From NCBI GenBank assembly GCA_001303705.1, contig LJUI01000006.1:1-41736 (forward strand): DNA of 41,736 bases. Direction: 5' to 3'. This DNA is from a candidate division TA06 bacterium SM23_40 (GTDB lineage: Bacteria > LJUI01 > SM1-40). Positions 19,056-29,084 of the stretch are shown here, piece by piece. The notes below the pieces were generated by a model. That model ran no database searches. It was not told the origin of the DNA and saw nothing but the letters and a program-made list of their open reading frames with translations. The translations under genes were made by a program, and so were the position numbers. Each line of letters begins with the position of its first letter. Position 1 is the first letter of the stretch.

Positions 19056-19919
19056 TCAGAGCTTAATCACACTCTCCTCGTCCGCGGCAAAACACTTCAT
19101 CTTTATCTTTCTCTTCTTCCTCCTCCTGTTCCTGGCCCTTATCTCTTTGCGACACTGTTCGACGAGGGAGTCTATCATATCGTCGCTGTGTGCTGGATCA
19201 TGGTGATAGAGCGCAAACCGAGAGACTCCAGCCTTGATTGCCAGCTCGAGTGCGGTCATCCACGTTGAATGGCCCCATCCCACCGTCTTCTCGTACTCCT
19301 CATCCGTATACATTGCGTCATGAATAAGAAGATCCGCTCCTCTACAGAATCGGACGTGCTCTTCGAACGGTACCTTCTTGATCGCGGACGAGCGGAGCTC
19401 GTTATCCGTCATGAAGACGAAGGATTTCCCGTTCTCCTCAACGCGAAACGCGAATGTATCGCCTGGATGATTCGTCTCTATCGACGTCATCCGCGCGCCG
19501 CCCAGATCGATATCTCCCGATCCGAGCTCGCGTAACCGGAAATCGGCACCCAGGGCATCGAACCCAATCGGGAAATAGGGCTCGACCATCAGATCCTCGA
19601 ATATCTGTCTGACACCGCTCCCCGCCAGGGGACGGGCGATGATTTCGAACTGATTTCCCTCCACATAAGCGGGGACAAAGAAGGGAAATCCCTGGATGTG
19701 ATCCCAATGAATATGCGTCAATATTATCTGCGCACGGATCGGCTGGCCGCTCTTCATCAGCTCCAGCCCCAACTCGCGGATACCTGTCCCGCTGTCGAAG
19801 ATGATAAGTGTTCCATCATCGAGCCGCACCTCGAGACACGGCGTGTTGCCGCCATAACGAACCGTCTCGGCGCCGGGTGCGGGAATCGACCCCCTCGTCC
19901 CCCAGCATCTGATCTTCAT
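19056..19919 (-). CDS. MBL-fold metallo-hydrolase (phosphodiesterase-like)
   Basis: WGTRGS.P.PG....YGGNT, DSGTG, THIHWDHIQG, HPG, TDNE, HDAMY, GWGHS, HHDP; GGAG before ATG 19919. Confidence 0.9.
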   Translation of the reverse strand: MKIRCWGTRGSIPAPGAETVRYGGNTPCLEVRLDDGTLIIFDSGTGIRELGLELMKSGQPIRAQIILTHIHWDHIQGFPFFVPAYVEGNQFEIIARPLAGSGVRQIFEDLMVEPYFPIGFDALGADFRLRELGSGDIDLGGARMTSIETNHPGDTFAFRVEENGKSFVFMTDNELRSSAIKKVPFEEHVRFCRGADLLIHDAMYTDEEYEKTVGWGHSTWMTALELAIKAGVSRFALYHHDPAHSDDMIDSLVEQCRKEIRARNRRRKKRKIKMKCFAADEESVIKL

Positions 19920-19959
19920 TCTGAGATCTCCATGTTTGAGTGACTGCGAGTCGACAAGA

Positions 19960-21168
19960 CTATGCGCCCGAGGATTCCTGCGCAGCATCCCCTGCGGTCG
20001 TTTCAGGATACTCCGCCTTGATCTCCATGATGCGATCGAATGTGTCAAAGAACGCAGCAACAACATCTGGATCGAAATGCTTTCCTGAGTCTTCCTTGAG
20101 AATGTTGAGAGCGCGATCCATATCGAATGCGGGCTTGTATACACGCTGTGTGGAGAGCGCATCGAAAACGTCGGCGAGTGCAACTATCCGACCGTTCAGT
20201 GGGATACCATCACCTTTCAGGCCACTGGGATAGCCTGAACCATCGAACTTCTCATGGTGAGAGAGTGCCACCTCCTCCGATGCTGCCATGATAGGAGAAT
20301 CGGGAGGAGCCAGTATGTTCGCCCCGATGATCGTATGGGTCTCCATCACCTTGCGTTCGTCTGCCGTCAGCTTCCCCGGCTTCAGGAGTATGGAGTCGGG
20401 GATGCCCAACTTGCCCACATCGTGCATAGGACTTGCGTACAGGAGAAGCTCGACCTCGCTCGGTGGGAGCCCGAGCTGCCTCCCCAGCGTCGCCGAGTAC
20501 TGACTGACGCGGGTGATGTGCATTGCCGTATCTTCGTCACGGTATTCCGCCGCCACCGAAAGACGGAGAATCGTGTCGTAGTGAGCCTTCTTCAGGGCCA
20601 TCGTCAGCTGGGCGTTCTGAATCGCCACCGCTGCCTGGGATGCCAATGACTGGATCAACTCCTCATGCTGCTTGGTGTAGGTAGCAACTCGACCTTCGCT
20701 GTTGAGGGCGTTGATGAGCTGGAGCACCCCTATGATGCTATCCTCTTGATCCTTCATCGGTACGACAAGCATCGACTGCGTGCGGTAATCGTTTCGCTCG
20801 TCGAAATCCCGATTGAAACGGTACACCCTATCCCGAGGGATACGATATACATCGGCCAGGTTAATCACCTCGCCCGTGCTCGCCACGTATCCGGCGAGGC
20901 TGTGGCGCGAGAGCGGTAGTGTAAACGGCTTGAATAGCGCCTTCGCTCCCTCCGCGCCGAGGCGCTCCCTCAATAGATCACTCTGGCTCACGCTAAACCG
21001 AAGGACATCCCCATCTCTGATATACAGACTGCCCGCATCTGAATTCGTGAGCCCGCGGGCCTCCGTTACGATCAGTTCGAGGAGCCCATCCAGATCGTGC
21101 ATGCTCGTGAGGGCGATACCGATCTTGTTGAGCTTGAGTATCTGATCCCGTGCAGTAATGTCCTCCAT
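19960..21168 (-). CDS. GAF + HD-GYP domain protein (putative cyclic dinucleotide phosphodiesterase)
   Basis: GAF (SLAGYVA.TGE.IN..D.Y, YRTQSML.VPM, GVLQLIN); HDVGK.GIPD.IL.KPGKLT, HHEKFDGSGYP, ADVFDAL...RVYK. Confidence 0.92.
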   Translation of the reverse strand: MEDITARDQILKLNKIGIALTSMHDLDGLLELIVTEARGLTNSDAGSLYIRDGDVLRFSVSQSDLLRERLGAEGAKALFKPFTLPLSRHSLAGYVASTGEVINLADVYRIPRDRVYRFNRDFDERNDYRTQSMLVVPMKDQEDSIIGVLQLINALNSEGRVATYTKQHEELIQSLASQAAVAIQNAQLTMALKKAHYDTILRLSVAAEYRDEDTAMHITRVSQYSATLGRQLGLPPSEVELLLYASPMHDVGKLGIPDSILLKPGKLTADERKVMETHTIIGANILAPPDSPIMAASEEVALSHHEKFDGSGYPSGLKGDGIPLNGRIVALADVFDALSTQRVYKPAFDMDRALNILKEDSGKHFDPDVVAAFFDTFDRIMEIKAEYPETTAGDAAQESSGA

Positions 21169-21204
21169 AACCATCCCTCCCGTCTGCATCTATCTCAACT
21201 CTCT

Positions 21205-21233
21205 ATGGTACCCGATCTGGAGATGAATGTCAA
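21205..21233 (-). promoter_or_regulatory. sigma70-type promoter for HD-GYP/MBL operon
   Basis: Minus strand TTGACA-N17-TACCAT. Confidence 0.65.
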
Positions 21234-21295
21234 CCACCAAATGGGGGCCACCGCCTTCTGGAAGCCCGAATCGGATGCAGGGGGCGGTTTTGCGC

Positions 21296-21324
21296 TTGAC
21301 AAAGTCCCAGCCGTCTGGTATTGA
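21296..21324 (+). promoter_or_regulatory. possible distal promoter for HMG-CoA synthase operon
   Basis: TTGACA-N17-TATTGA with TG extension. Confidence 0.45.
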
Positions 21325-21380
21325 AGCAGAAGCAGCTAGCTGTCTCCCCATGTTGCCCCCGGGGCTGGGGACGATACCCC

Positions 21381-21409
21381 TTGCAAGCACCCAGGGGCCG
21401 TGGTATGAT
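21381..21409 (+). promoter_or_regulatory. proximal promoter for HMG-CoA synthase operon
   Basis: TTGCAA-N17-TATGAT with TG extension. Confidence 0.65.
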
Positions 21410-21472
21410 AGGCCCTCTGCCACATTGCCAAGCCGGGGATTCCCGTCACTTCAACAGATGAGGACAAGTACG

Positions 21473-22519
21473 ATGGTTGGAATTGTAGGGTACGGTACGT
21501 ACATTCCGAGACACAGAATCAAAGTGGAAGCAATCGCCAAGGTCTGGGGAGCGGATGCACCGAGCTACGAACGCGGCCTGCTGCTCAAGGAGAAGTCCGT
21601 TCCCACGCCGGACCAGGATACGATCACGATGTCCGTCGAGGCGGCAAAGAACGCCCTGCGACGCGCCCAGATAGATCCATCGGAGATAGGCGCAGTATAT
21701 GTCGGTTCAGAGTCACATCCCTATGCTGTGAAGCCGAGCGGCACGGTCCTCGCCGAGGCAATCGGAGCGACCCCCGAAGTCCACTGCGCTGACTTCGAAT
21801 TCGCCTGCAAGGCCGGCACTGAGGGTATGTTCGTCTGCATCGGCCTCGTCCAGGCCGGCTTGATACGATATGGGCTGGGAGTCGGGGCGGATACCTCACA
21901 GGGGGCACCTGGAGATGCTCTCGAGTATTCGGCTGCCGCCGGAGCGGCCGCATTCATCTTCGGAGACGACAAGGTAGTGGCCGAAGTCGAGGAGACCTAC
22001 GCGTACATGACAGACACGCCGGACTTCTGGAGACGAGAGCATCAGTTCTATCCGGAGCACGGAGGCAGGTTCACCGGCGAGCCCGCATACTTCAAGCACA
22101 TCATGGGCGCGGCAAGAGGGATCATGGCCAAAGCGAACGCCACCGCCGCCGACTTCACCTATGTCATCTTCCACCAGCCGAATGGCAAATTCCCCCAGAG
22201 GGTCGGTAAGATGCTCGGTTTCACCAAGACCCAGATCGAGCCCGGGTGGCTCTCCCCCACCTTAGGCAATACCTATTCTGGATCATCGCCCATGGGACTC
22301 GCGTCCACGCTCGACATTGCCAAAGCAGGTGACCGGATCCTGCTCGTCTCTTATGGGTCGGGAGCGGGGAGCGATGCGTTCATCTTCCGCGTCACCGAGC
22401 GAATTGATGAAGTGCGCGACGTCGCGCCCAGAACGCGCGATCAACTCGATAACAACAAGGTCTACATCGACTACGGAACATACGCAAAGTTCCGTGGGAA
22501 GATACGCAAAGCCACCTAG
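21473..22519 (+). CDS. hydroxymethylglutaryl-CoA synthase, archaeal type
   Basis: [28 protein letters not shown] (catalytic Cys), [50 protein letters not shown] 21473 after GAGGA. Confidence 0.93.
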   Translation: MVGIVGYGTYIPRHRIKVEAIAKVWGADAPSYERGLLLKEKSVPTPDQDTITMSVEAAKNALRRAQIDPSEIGAVYVGSESHPYAVKPSGTVLAEAIGATPEVHCADFEFACKAGTEGMFVCIGLVQAGLIRYGLGVGADTSQGAPGDALEYSAAAGAAAFIFGDDKVVAEVEETYAYMTDTPDFWRREHQFYPEHGGRFTGEPAYFKHIMGAARGIMAKANATAADFTYVIFHQPNGKFPQRVGKMLGFTKTQIEPGWLSPTLGNTYSGSSPMGLASTLDIAKAGDRILLVSYGSGAGSDAFIFRVTERIDEVRDVAPRTRDQLDNNKVYIDYGTYAKFRGKIRKAT

Positions 22520-22531
22520 GAGGTTACGCGA

Positions 22532-23689
22532 ATGAGGGACGTTGCAGTAATCGGTGTGGGAATGGCCAAGTGGGGTGAATTGTGGGACAAGGCATTGCGG
22601 GACGTCTTCGTCGAAACCGCCCTCCTGGCAATCGATGATGCCGGGGTGGACCACATCGACTCGATGTACGTCGGGTGCATGTCGAGTGGACTCTTCGTCG
22701 GACAGGAGCATCTGGCATCACTTCTGGCGGACTACCTGGGCATCGCGCCCGTGCCTGCGGCGCGGGTGGAGACTGCCTGTGCCTCTGGCGGCCTTGCCTT
22801 CCGCCAGGGCTGGATGGAGGTGGCACTGGGACAGAGCGATATCGTACTCGTGTCCGGTATCGAGAAGATGACGGACGTCACAGGCGATGGCGCCACGTAT
22901 GCGCTCGGCACCGCGGCTGATCAGGAGTACGAGGGATATCACGGCATCACCTTCCCGGGCCTGTACGCCATGATGGCCAGACGGCACATGCATGACTACG
23001 GGACGACGAGAGAGCAACTGGCCCAGGTCGCAGTGAAGAATCACCGCCACGGAGCCATGAATCCCCTGGCCCAGTTCCCGTTCGAGGTGACGATCGACCA
23101 GGTGAAGAGCTCCGTCATGATCGCCGACCCCCTCAGGATACTCGACTGCTCCCCGATCACCGATGGAGCAGCCGCCGTCGTCATCTGCCCCCTGGACCGG
23201 GCCAAGACGTTGGGCGACAAACCGCCCGTCAAGATGGTCGGCTCCGGACATGCAACGGACACGATCGCACTCCACGCCCGCCCCGACATAACGTGGCTGA
23301 GCGCGACGGAGAGAGCGGCGGAAGCGGCCTATAAGATGGCAGGCGTCAAGCCGGACCAGATCGACCTGGCTGAAGTCCATGACTGCTTCACAATAGCCGA
23401 GATATGCGTTACCGAGGCCCTGGGGTTTGTCGACAGGGGAAAGGGCGGGCAGGCGGTCGAGAGCGGTTTCACCGCACTCGGTGGGACGATACCGGTCAAC
23501 ACGAGTGGGGGATTGAAGTCGAAGGGTCACCCTGTCGGCGCTACGGGGGTGGCTCAGATCGTCGAACTGACGAAGCAACTGCGCGGCGATGCTGGCGACC
23601 GGCAGGTGGAAGGTGCCAGGGTCGGGCTTGCCCAGAACATGGGTGGTAGCGGTGGCAGCACCCTCGTACACATACTGGAGGCAACATAG
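22532..23689 (+). CDS. acetoacetyl-CoA thiolase, archaeal/SCP2-like type
   Basis: VETACASG (Cys), [47 protein letters not shown]. Confidence 0.92.
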   Translation: MRDVAVIGVGMAKWGELWDKALRDVFVETALLAIDDAGVDHIDSMYVGCMSSGLFVGQEHLASLLADYLGIAPVPAARVETACASGGLAFRQGWMEVALGQSDIVLVSGIEKMTDVTGDGATYALGTAADQEYEGYHGITFPGLYAMMARRHMHDYGTTREQLAQVAVKNHRHGAMNPLAQFPFEVTIDQVKSSVMIADPLRILDCSPITDGAAAVVICPLDRAKTLGDKPPVKMVGSGHATDTIALHARPDITWLSATERAAEAAYKMAGVKPDQIDLAEVHDCFTIAEICVTEALGFVDRGKGGQAVESGFTALGGTIPVNTSGGLKSKGHPVGATGVAQIVELTKQLRGDAGDRQVEGARVGLAQNMGGSGGSTLVHILEAT

Positions 23690-24079
23690 ATGAGTTCACC
23701 CCGATACTGGAGAGAGATCCCTCAGCGCTATAGACTCGAGGCGGGCAAGTGCACAGACTGTGGGAATATCCACTTCCCGCCCCGGCTCGTCTGTTCTGCA
23801 TGCAGCGGACGCCAGTTCGAGACTGTCAAGCTCTCAGATGAGGGGACGGTCTTCACGTACACGATTATCCGCGTCGCGCCCAGCCAGTTCGTCGATCAGG
23901 CTCCCTACGCCGTCGGGATCGTCGAACTGGACGACGGAGTGAGAATCTCGGCGCAGATCGCGGACGTCGACCTCGACGCACTCGAGATCGGCCAGCGTGT
24001 CCGCATCGAATTTCGCCTGATCCAGAACGAGGGAGAGGCCGGGATCATCTGCTACGGATACAAGTGCGTCCCGGCCTAG
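23690..24079 (+). CDS. DUF35 Zn-ribbon/OB-fold protein (thiolase/HMGCS scaffold)
   Basis: PRYWRE...RYRL...KC..CG...FPPR..C..C, G.V.TYT.I, I.YGYK; abuts thiolase stop. Confidence 0.92.
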   Translation: MSSPRYWREIPQRYRLEAGKCTDCGNIHFPPRLVCSACSGRQFETVKLSDEGTVFTYTIIRVAPSQFVDQAPYAVGIVELDDGVRISAQIADVDLDALEIGQRVRIEFRLIQNEGEAGIICYGYKCVPA

Positions 24080-24211
24080 GACCCGCGAGGAGGACGGGTG
24101 GGAGATCCATGGCCGAATGACCGAATGATCAGTGATCCCGGTCCGGGCGGTCCTCGCCGCTCCACCAGACGTCAGATCTCCTGCCCCAACGGCTGACGAG
24201 AGAGTCGAAGC

Positions 24212-25819
24212 ATGTATCGGATAGAATCGAGGATCGACACGTCGAGTCAGGAATTCAAGGAGAACAAGGAGTACTACCTCGAGAAGATCGAGGAATTCCG
24301 AAGCCGACTCGAACAGGCAAAGGCCGGCGGGCCACCGGCGGCCCATGAAAAACACAAGTCCCGCGGCAAGCTCACCGCGCGGGAGCGCCTCCGGCTTCTC
24401 TTCGACCCCGGCACCCCCTTCCTCGAGTTCAGCTCGCTCGCAGCATATGACATGTACAAGAATGAAGCCCCCTGTTCAGGCATCGTGACAGGTGTCGGTG
24501 TGGTCCACGGCAAAGAGGTGCTCATCGTTGCCAACGACGCTACCGTCAAAGGCGGGACCTATTTCCCCGAAACGATCAAGAAGCACGTCCGGGCCCAGGA
24601 GATCGCACTCGAAAACAGACTCCCCTGTGTCTATCTCGTCGACTCGGGCGGGATCTTTCTTCCACTCCAGGCAGGAGTCTTCCCGGATAAAGGGCATTTC
24701 GGCAGCATCTTCTACAATCAGGCGAGACTGTCGGCGTTCTCCATTCCGCAGATTTCGGTCGTCCTCGGGTTCTGCACCGCCGGCGGCGCATACGTGCCGG
24801 CAATGAGCGACGAGACGGTGATCGTGAAGGGAAGAGGTACCATCTACATCGGCGGCCCTCCGCTCGTGAAGGCCGCCACGGGCGTCGATGTCACCCCGGA
24901 GGAACTCGGGGGAGCGGATGTCCACTGCCGCATCTCCGGTGTCTCCGATCACTACGCGCTCGACGACGAACATGCCCTGGAGATCACCCGGAACATCGTC
25001 GAAAACCTCCCCCGACCAACGAAATTCCAACTGGATGTGGCTCCGCCCGAGGATCCGGCATATGACCCGGAGGAGATCTACGGGATAGTCCCCCGCGATC
25101 TCCGAAAGCAGTTCGACATCCGCGAAGTGATCGCGCGATTGGTCGACGGAAGCCGGTTTCACGAATTCAAGGAACTCTACGGCACTACCCTCGTCTGCGG
25201 CTTTGCCCGCATCATGGGGTACCCCGTCGGAATCCTCGCGAACAATGGGGTCCTCTTCTCGGAGAGCGCGCTGAAAGGAGCCCATTTCGTCTCGATGTGT
25301 TCCGTGCGCAAGATCCCCCTCCTCTTCCTTCAGAATATCACCGGGTTCATCGTTGGCAAGGAGTACGAACACGGGGGCATTGCGAAGGACGGGGCAAAGA
25401 TGGTGCATGCGGTCGCCAATGCGGACGTGCCCAAGTTCACAGTGATCGTCGGGGGATCGCATGGAGCCGGCAACTACGGGATGTGTGGGCGGGCGTACGG
25501 ACCGCGCCTCATGTGGATGTGGCCTGCCGCGAAGATCTCCGTCATGGGCGGCGAGGAAGCAGCGAATGTACTCCTTACTGTCAAGATGGACATACTCCGC
25601 CGCGAAGGAAAGACGATGACCCCGGAGGAACAGGAGGCGTTCAAGGCCCCCACCCTGGAGAAATACGAGCAAGAAGGAAGCGCATATTTTGCCACCGCCC
25701 GGTTGTGGGACGATGGTGTGATCGAGCCGCTCGACACCAGGACGGCCCTCGCCCTGGCGATCTCCATGTCCCTCAATGCACCGATCCCGGATCACCGCTT
25801 CGGCGTATTCAGGATGTAG
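24212..25819 (+). CDS. methylcrotonyl-CoA carboxylase-like carboxyltransferase (beta) subunit
   Basis: [101 protein letters not shown]. Confidence 0.9.
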   Translation: MYRIESRIDTSSQEFKENKEYYLEKIEEFRSRLEQAKAGGPPAAHEKHKSRGKLTARERLRLLFDPGTPFLEFSSLAAYDMYKNEAPCSGIVTGVGVVHGKEVLIVANDATVKGGTYFPETIKKHVRAQEIALENRLPCVYLVDSGGIFLPLQAGVFPDKGHFGSIFYNQARLSAFSIPQISVVLGFCTAGGAYVPAMSDETVIVKGRGTIYIGGPPLVKAATGVDVTPEELGGADVHCRISGVSDHYALDDEHALEITRNIVENLPRPTKFQLDVAPPEDPAYDPEEIYGIVPRDLRKQFDIREVIARLVDGSRFHEFKELYGTTLVCGFARIMGYPVGILANNGVLFSESALKGAHFVSMCSVRKIPLLFLQNITGFIVGKEYEHGGIAKDGAKMVHAVANADVPKFTVIVGGSHGAGNYGMCGRAYGPRLMWMWPAAKISVMGGEEAANVLLTVKMDILRREGKTMTPEEQEAFKAPTLEKYEQEGSAYFATARLWDDGVIEPLDTRTALALAISMSLNAPIPDHRFGVFRM

Positions 25820-25850
25820 AAGATCCATAGCCCGAGTGAGCAGACCGAGA

Positions 25851-26654
25851 ATGCAGGACTACACGACCATCAGATGTGATGTCGGCGACAGGGTGGGACG
25901 CATCCTGCTCAATCGTCCCGAGATCCACAATGCGTTCAACGACGTCATGATTACCGAGCTGCTTGAGGTCCTCTCCCGCCTGGCGTCTGACGAGGACGTC
26001 CGCGTCGTCGTCCTGACCGGCAGCGGCAAGTCATTCTGCGCCGGCGCTGACCTCCACTGGATGAAGGCGGTCAAGGACTACTCGTACGACGAAAATGTCG
26101 CCGACGCTCTCGAGCTGTCGAAGCTCCTCTACGCCATCTACTCGCTCCCCAAGCCGACGATCGCCAGAGTGAATGGCGCAGCCATCGGGGGGGGCACCGG
26201 CTTCGTGTCGACCTGCGATATGGCCATCGCTGCCGAGACAGCGAAGTTCAGTTTCAGCGAGGTCAAGATCGGAGTTGTGCCTGCATGTATCTCTCCCTAC
26301 GTAGTCCGAAAGGTGGGTGAGGGAACATGCCGTGAGTTCTTCCTTACCGGCAAGCGTCTCACAGCTGCCGAAGTGGAGCAAGCGGGACTCGTCAACCGGG
26401 TCGTTCCTGTTGAACAGCTCGACGCCGCTGTCGACGATCTGATCAAGGAGCTTCTCTCGAGCGGGCCACATGCACTCGGGGTATGCAAAGACTTACTGGA
26501 GAACGTCCCGTCGATGTCGCTCGAAGACGCTCAGCTATACACGGCGAAGATCCTCGCCACGCTCCGCATGGGCGACGAGGGTCAAGAAGGCATGTCTGCG
26601 TACTTCGATAAGAGGAAACCGCAGTGGGCTTCGCCCCAGCAGCCAGCGGACTGA
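25851..26654 (+). CDS. enoyl-CoA hydratase family, probable methylglutaconyl-CoA hydratase (LiuC-like)
   Basis: LNRPE.HNAFN, FCAGADL.WM, GAAIGGG.G, FSEVKIG..PA.ISPYV, EGQEG..A...KRKP.W; sits between MCC subunits. Confidence 0.85.
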   Translation: MQDYTTIRCDVGDRVGRILLNRPEIHNAFNDVMITELLEVLSRLASDEDVRVVVLTGSGKSFCAGADLHWMKAVKDYSYDENVADALELSKLLYAIYSLPKPTIARVNGAAIGGGTGFVSTCDMAIAAETAKFSFSEVKIGVVPACISPYVVRKVGEGTCREFFLTGKRLTAAEVEQAGLVNRVVPVEQLDAAVDDLIKELLSSGPHALGVCKDLLENVPSMSLEDAQLYTAKILATLRMGDEGQEGMSAYFDKRKPQWASPQQPAD

Positions 26655-26683
26655 CCAGATCCTGTCTACCGATCGAGATCGAG

Positions 26684-26717
26684 GCGGTGTAGGGGGTAGT
26701 GCGGTGTACGGGGCAGT
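26684..26717 (+). repeat. tandem imperfect 17-bp direct repeat
   Basis: GCGGTGTAGGGGGTAGT / GCGGTGTACGGGGCAGT (15/17 identical). Confidence 0.6.
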
Positions 26718-26771
26718 CCTGAGGCAGGCCCAGGAGGCTCTGGCCCGAAGGAGGGAGACTTTCCGAGCACA

Positions 26772-28292
26772 ATGCTGAAGAAAGTCCTTGTAGCAAACAG
26801 AGGTGAGATCGCCGTACGCATCATCCGGGCCTGTCGGGAGGTCGGTATCCCGACAGTTGCTGTCTATTCCGATGTCGATCACTCCTCCCTTCACGTCCAG
26901 CTCGCCAACGAGGCATACTCGCTCGGGCCCCCACCTCCTCTGGAAAGCTATCTCAATATCGATAAGATCATCGACATCGCAAAGATGAGTGGGGCTGACG
27001 CCATCCATCCCGGATATGGCTTCCTCGCCGAGAATTACCATTTCACCAAGCGATGCGAGGATGAGGGGCTGATTTTCGTGGGCGCCACCTCCGAGGCCAT
27101 CAGGTTGCTCGGGAACAAGCTGGAATCCCGGGAGACGATGATACGGGCTGGAATCCCGGTCATCCCCGGCATGGAGACTGCCGTTCGCGATACGGCCGCC
27201 CTCGTGCAACAGGCATCCCGAATCGGATACCCGGTTCTGATCAAAGCTGCCTCCGGCGGAGGAGGCAAGGGCATGAGGGCCGTCAGTTCTCAGGCAGAGC
27301 TCGAACGCGCACTGGAGGGAGCCCGCCGGGAGTCGAAATCGGCGTTCGGCGACGACACCGTCTACGTAGAGAAGTTCATCGAACGGCCCCGCCACGTGGA
27401 ATTTCAGATACTGGCGGACCATTCGGGCAACACAGTCCACCTATTCGAACGGGAGTGCTCGATCCAGCGGCGGCATCAGAAGATAGTCGAAGAAACTCCC
27501 TGTACCGCTCTCGACGACCAGCTGAGGAGGAAGATGGGAGAGGTGGCGATCGAAGTCGCCAGGGTGGCACACTACACAAATGCGGGGACCGTCGAGTTCC
27601 TGCTCGATCAGGATGGCGACTTCTACTTCCTCGAAGTCAACACCAGGGTCCAGGTGGAACACCCCATAACCGAGATGACGACCGGTATCGACATCGTCAA
27701 GCTACAGCTCGCCCTCGCCTCGGGAGACCCCATTCCGGTGAAACAACAGGATATCGTCCCGAGAGGCCATTCGATCGAAGCGAGGATCTACGCCGAGGAC
27801 GCTGAGAACGATTTCATGCCTTCGTTCGGAACAATACTATTCCTCCAGGAACCGGCCGGCCCTGGAATACGCAACGATACCGGCATCTACGCCGGATGCG
27901 ACGTGACGATGCACTATGACCCCATCCTGGCGAAACTGATCGTCTGGGACGAGAACCGCGAGATGGCGCGAAGTCGCATGCTCACGGCACTCAGGGATTA
28001 CACCATTCTAGGGATCAAGACCACGATTGCCTTCCTTCGAGACGTCATCGCGCACCCGGAGTTTGCCGCCGGCAATACACATACGGACTTCATCCCCGAG
28101 CATTTCGCCCAGTGGCGCGAAGCGGGGGACGAACCGGCGAACCTGGATGTTGCGCTCCTCTCGGCCGCCATCTACAGGCATCTCAATCCGCCGCGGGCAG
28201 CAGGACGAGCAGCCGCATCGGGCCCTGCATTTCCCAATCCATGGAATGCTACCGGAGAGTGGGAGATCGGCCAGGGGAAGGGAGCAGACTGA
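26772..28292 (+). CDS. biotin carboxylase subunit of acyl-CoA carboxylase
   Basis: KVLVANRGEIA, IHPGYGFLAEN, GGGGKGMR, ERECSIQRRHQK, FLEVNTRVQVEHP, ARIYAED, YDPILAKL. Confidence 0.95.
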   Translation: MLKKVLVANRGEIAVRIIRACREVGIPTVAVYSDVDHSSLHVQLANEAYSLGPPPPLESYLNIDKIIDIAKMSGADAIHPGYGFLAENYHFTKRCEDEGLIFVGATSEAIRLLGNKLESRETMIRAGIPVIPGMETAVRDTAALVQQASRIGYPVLIKAASGGGGKGMRAVSSQAELERALEGARRESKSAFGDDTVYVEKFIERPRHVEFQILADHSGNTVHLFERECSIQRRHQKIVEETPCTALDDQLRRKMGEVAIEVARVAHYTNAGTVEFLLDQDGDFYFLEVNTRVQVEHPITEMTTGIDIVKLQLALASGDPIPVKQQDIVPRGHSIEARIYAEDAENDFMPSFGTILFLQEPAGPGIRNDTGIYAGCDVTMHYDPILAKLIVWDENREMARSRMLTALRDYTILGIKTTIAFLRDVIAHPEFAAGNTHTDFIPEHFAQWREAGDEPANLDVALLSAAIYRHLNPPRAAGRAAASGPAFPNPWNATGEWEIGQGKGAD

Positions 28293-28299
28293 GAGAAAA

Positions 28300-28809
28300 G
28301 TGGAACTGAATCTCACGTTCAATAACGAAGAGTACAGACTGGGGGTGGAACGAGCTGAGGACGGATACGAGGTGACGGTGGGAGATCGGATCTACCAGGT
28401 CTCAGTACGCCCCATCTCCTCGAACACGTTCTCTCTCGTAATCCACGGGGCCAACCGGCTCATCCATATCGCGTCGGCCGGGCGAGCCACATACGTGGCC
28501 GTCGATGGGCGGCAGTTCTGCTTCCAGGAAGCCACACCCGGTGGCCGTAAGCACGGCACCAGGGACCTCCCGATCGACAGACGAGAATTGACGGCGATCG
28601 CGCCTATGCCCGGAAGGGTGGTCAAGCTGAACGTCACGGAGGGCGATCGGGTTGAACGCGGCCACACACTGGCAGTGGTAGAGGCCATGAAGATGGAGAA
28701 CGAGGTGCGGGCCCCGATTGACGGCTACGTGGACCGCGTCCTCGTGCGGGAGGACGACATGGTGAACGTGGGACAGGTGATGATCGAGCTCAAGAGTGGG
28801 GAGGATTGA
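28300..28809 (+). CDS. biotin carboxyl carrier protein with N-terminal BT-like domain
   Basis: APMPG.V, VEAMKMENE..AP biotinylation motif; probable GTG start at 28300. Confidence 0.88.
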   Translation: MELNLTFNNEEYRLGVERAEDGYEVTVGDRIYQVSVRPISSNTFSLVIHGANRLIHIASAGRATYVAVDGRQFCFQEATPGGRKHGTRDLPIDRRELTAIAPMPGRVVKLNVTEGDRVERGHTLAVVEAMKMENEVRAPIDGYVDRVLVREDDMVNVGQVMIELKSGED

Positions 28810-28811
28810 GG

Positions 28812-29066
28812 TCATTCGTCCGCCAGCCTGACTTCAAATACGAGGCCAGTGTCGTCGGGACACGAAGCACAGGTTACATTCTTGTTACCTTCCCAGAAGA
28901 ACTTCCCTCCGCACTGCAGAGTCAGAATGAGAGGAAAGAGTGCATCGAAAGCAGAGGTGCACATCCCCTCGGGAGTGAGGTTACCGATCGTCCAGCTATC
29001 CCCCACCTTGTGGAATCCCTGATTGCATTCGCCGCTCTTGACGGTTGCCCTGACAGGCTTCATCAC
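28812..29066 (-). CDS. small Cys-containing protein, TIGR04076-like
   Basis: G.C..G.HKVGD, PEGMC..A...L.P, SCPD...VFE; AAGGAG RBS. Confidence 0.75.
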   Translation of the reverse strand: MMKPVRATVKSGECNQGFHKVGDSWTIGNLTPEGMCTSAFDALFPLILTLQCGGKFFWEGNKNVTCASCPDDTGLVFEVRLADE

Positions 29067-29084
29067 AGTGCTCCTTTCCCGACG

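Noticed and set aside
21473-24079. PhlABC (diacetylphloroglucinol) acyltransferase cluster
   Set aside because: HMGCS catalytic residues are intact and no type III PKS (phlD) is present.
24476-25828. Long antisense ORFs (e.g. 450 aa here, also 8946-10070, 22718-23671, 26535-27440)
   Set aside because: Shadow frames of well-supported genes in GC-rich DNA; no recognisable motifs.
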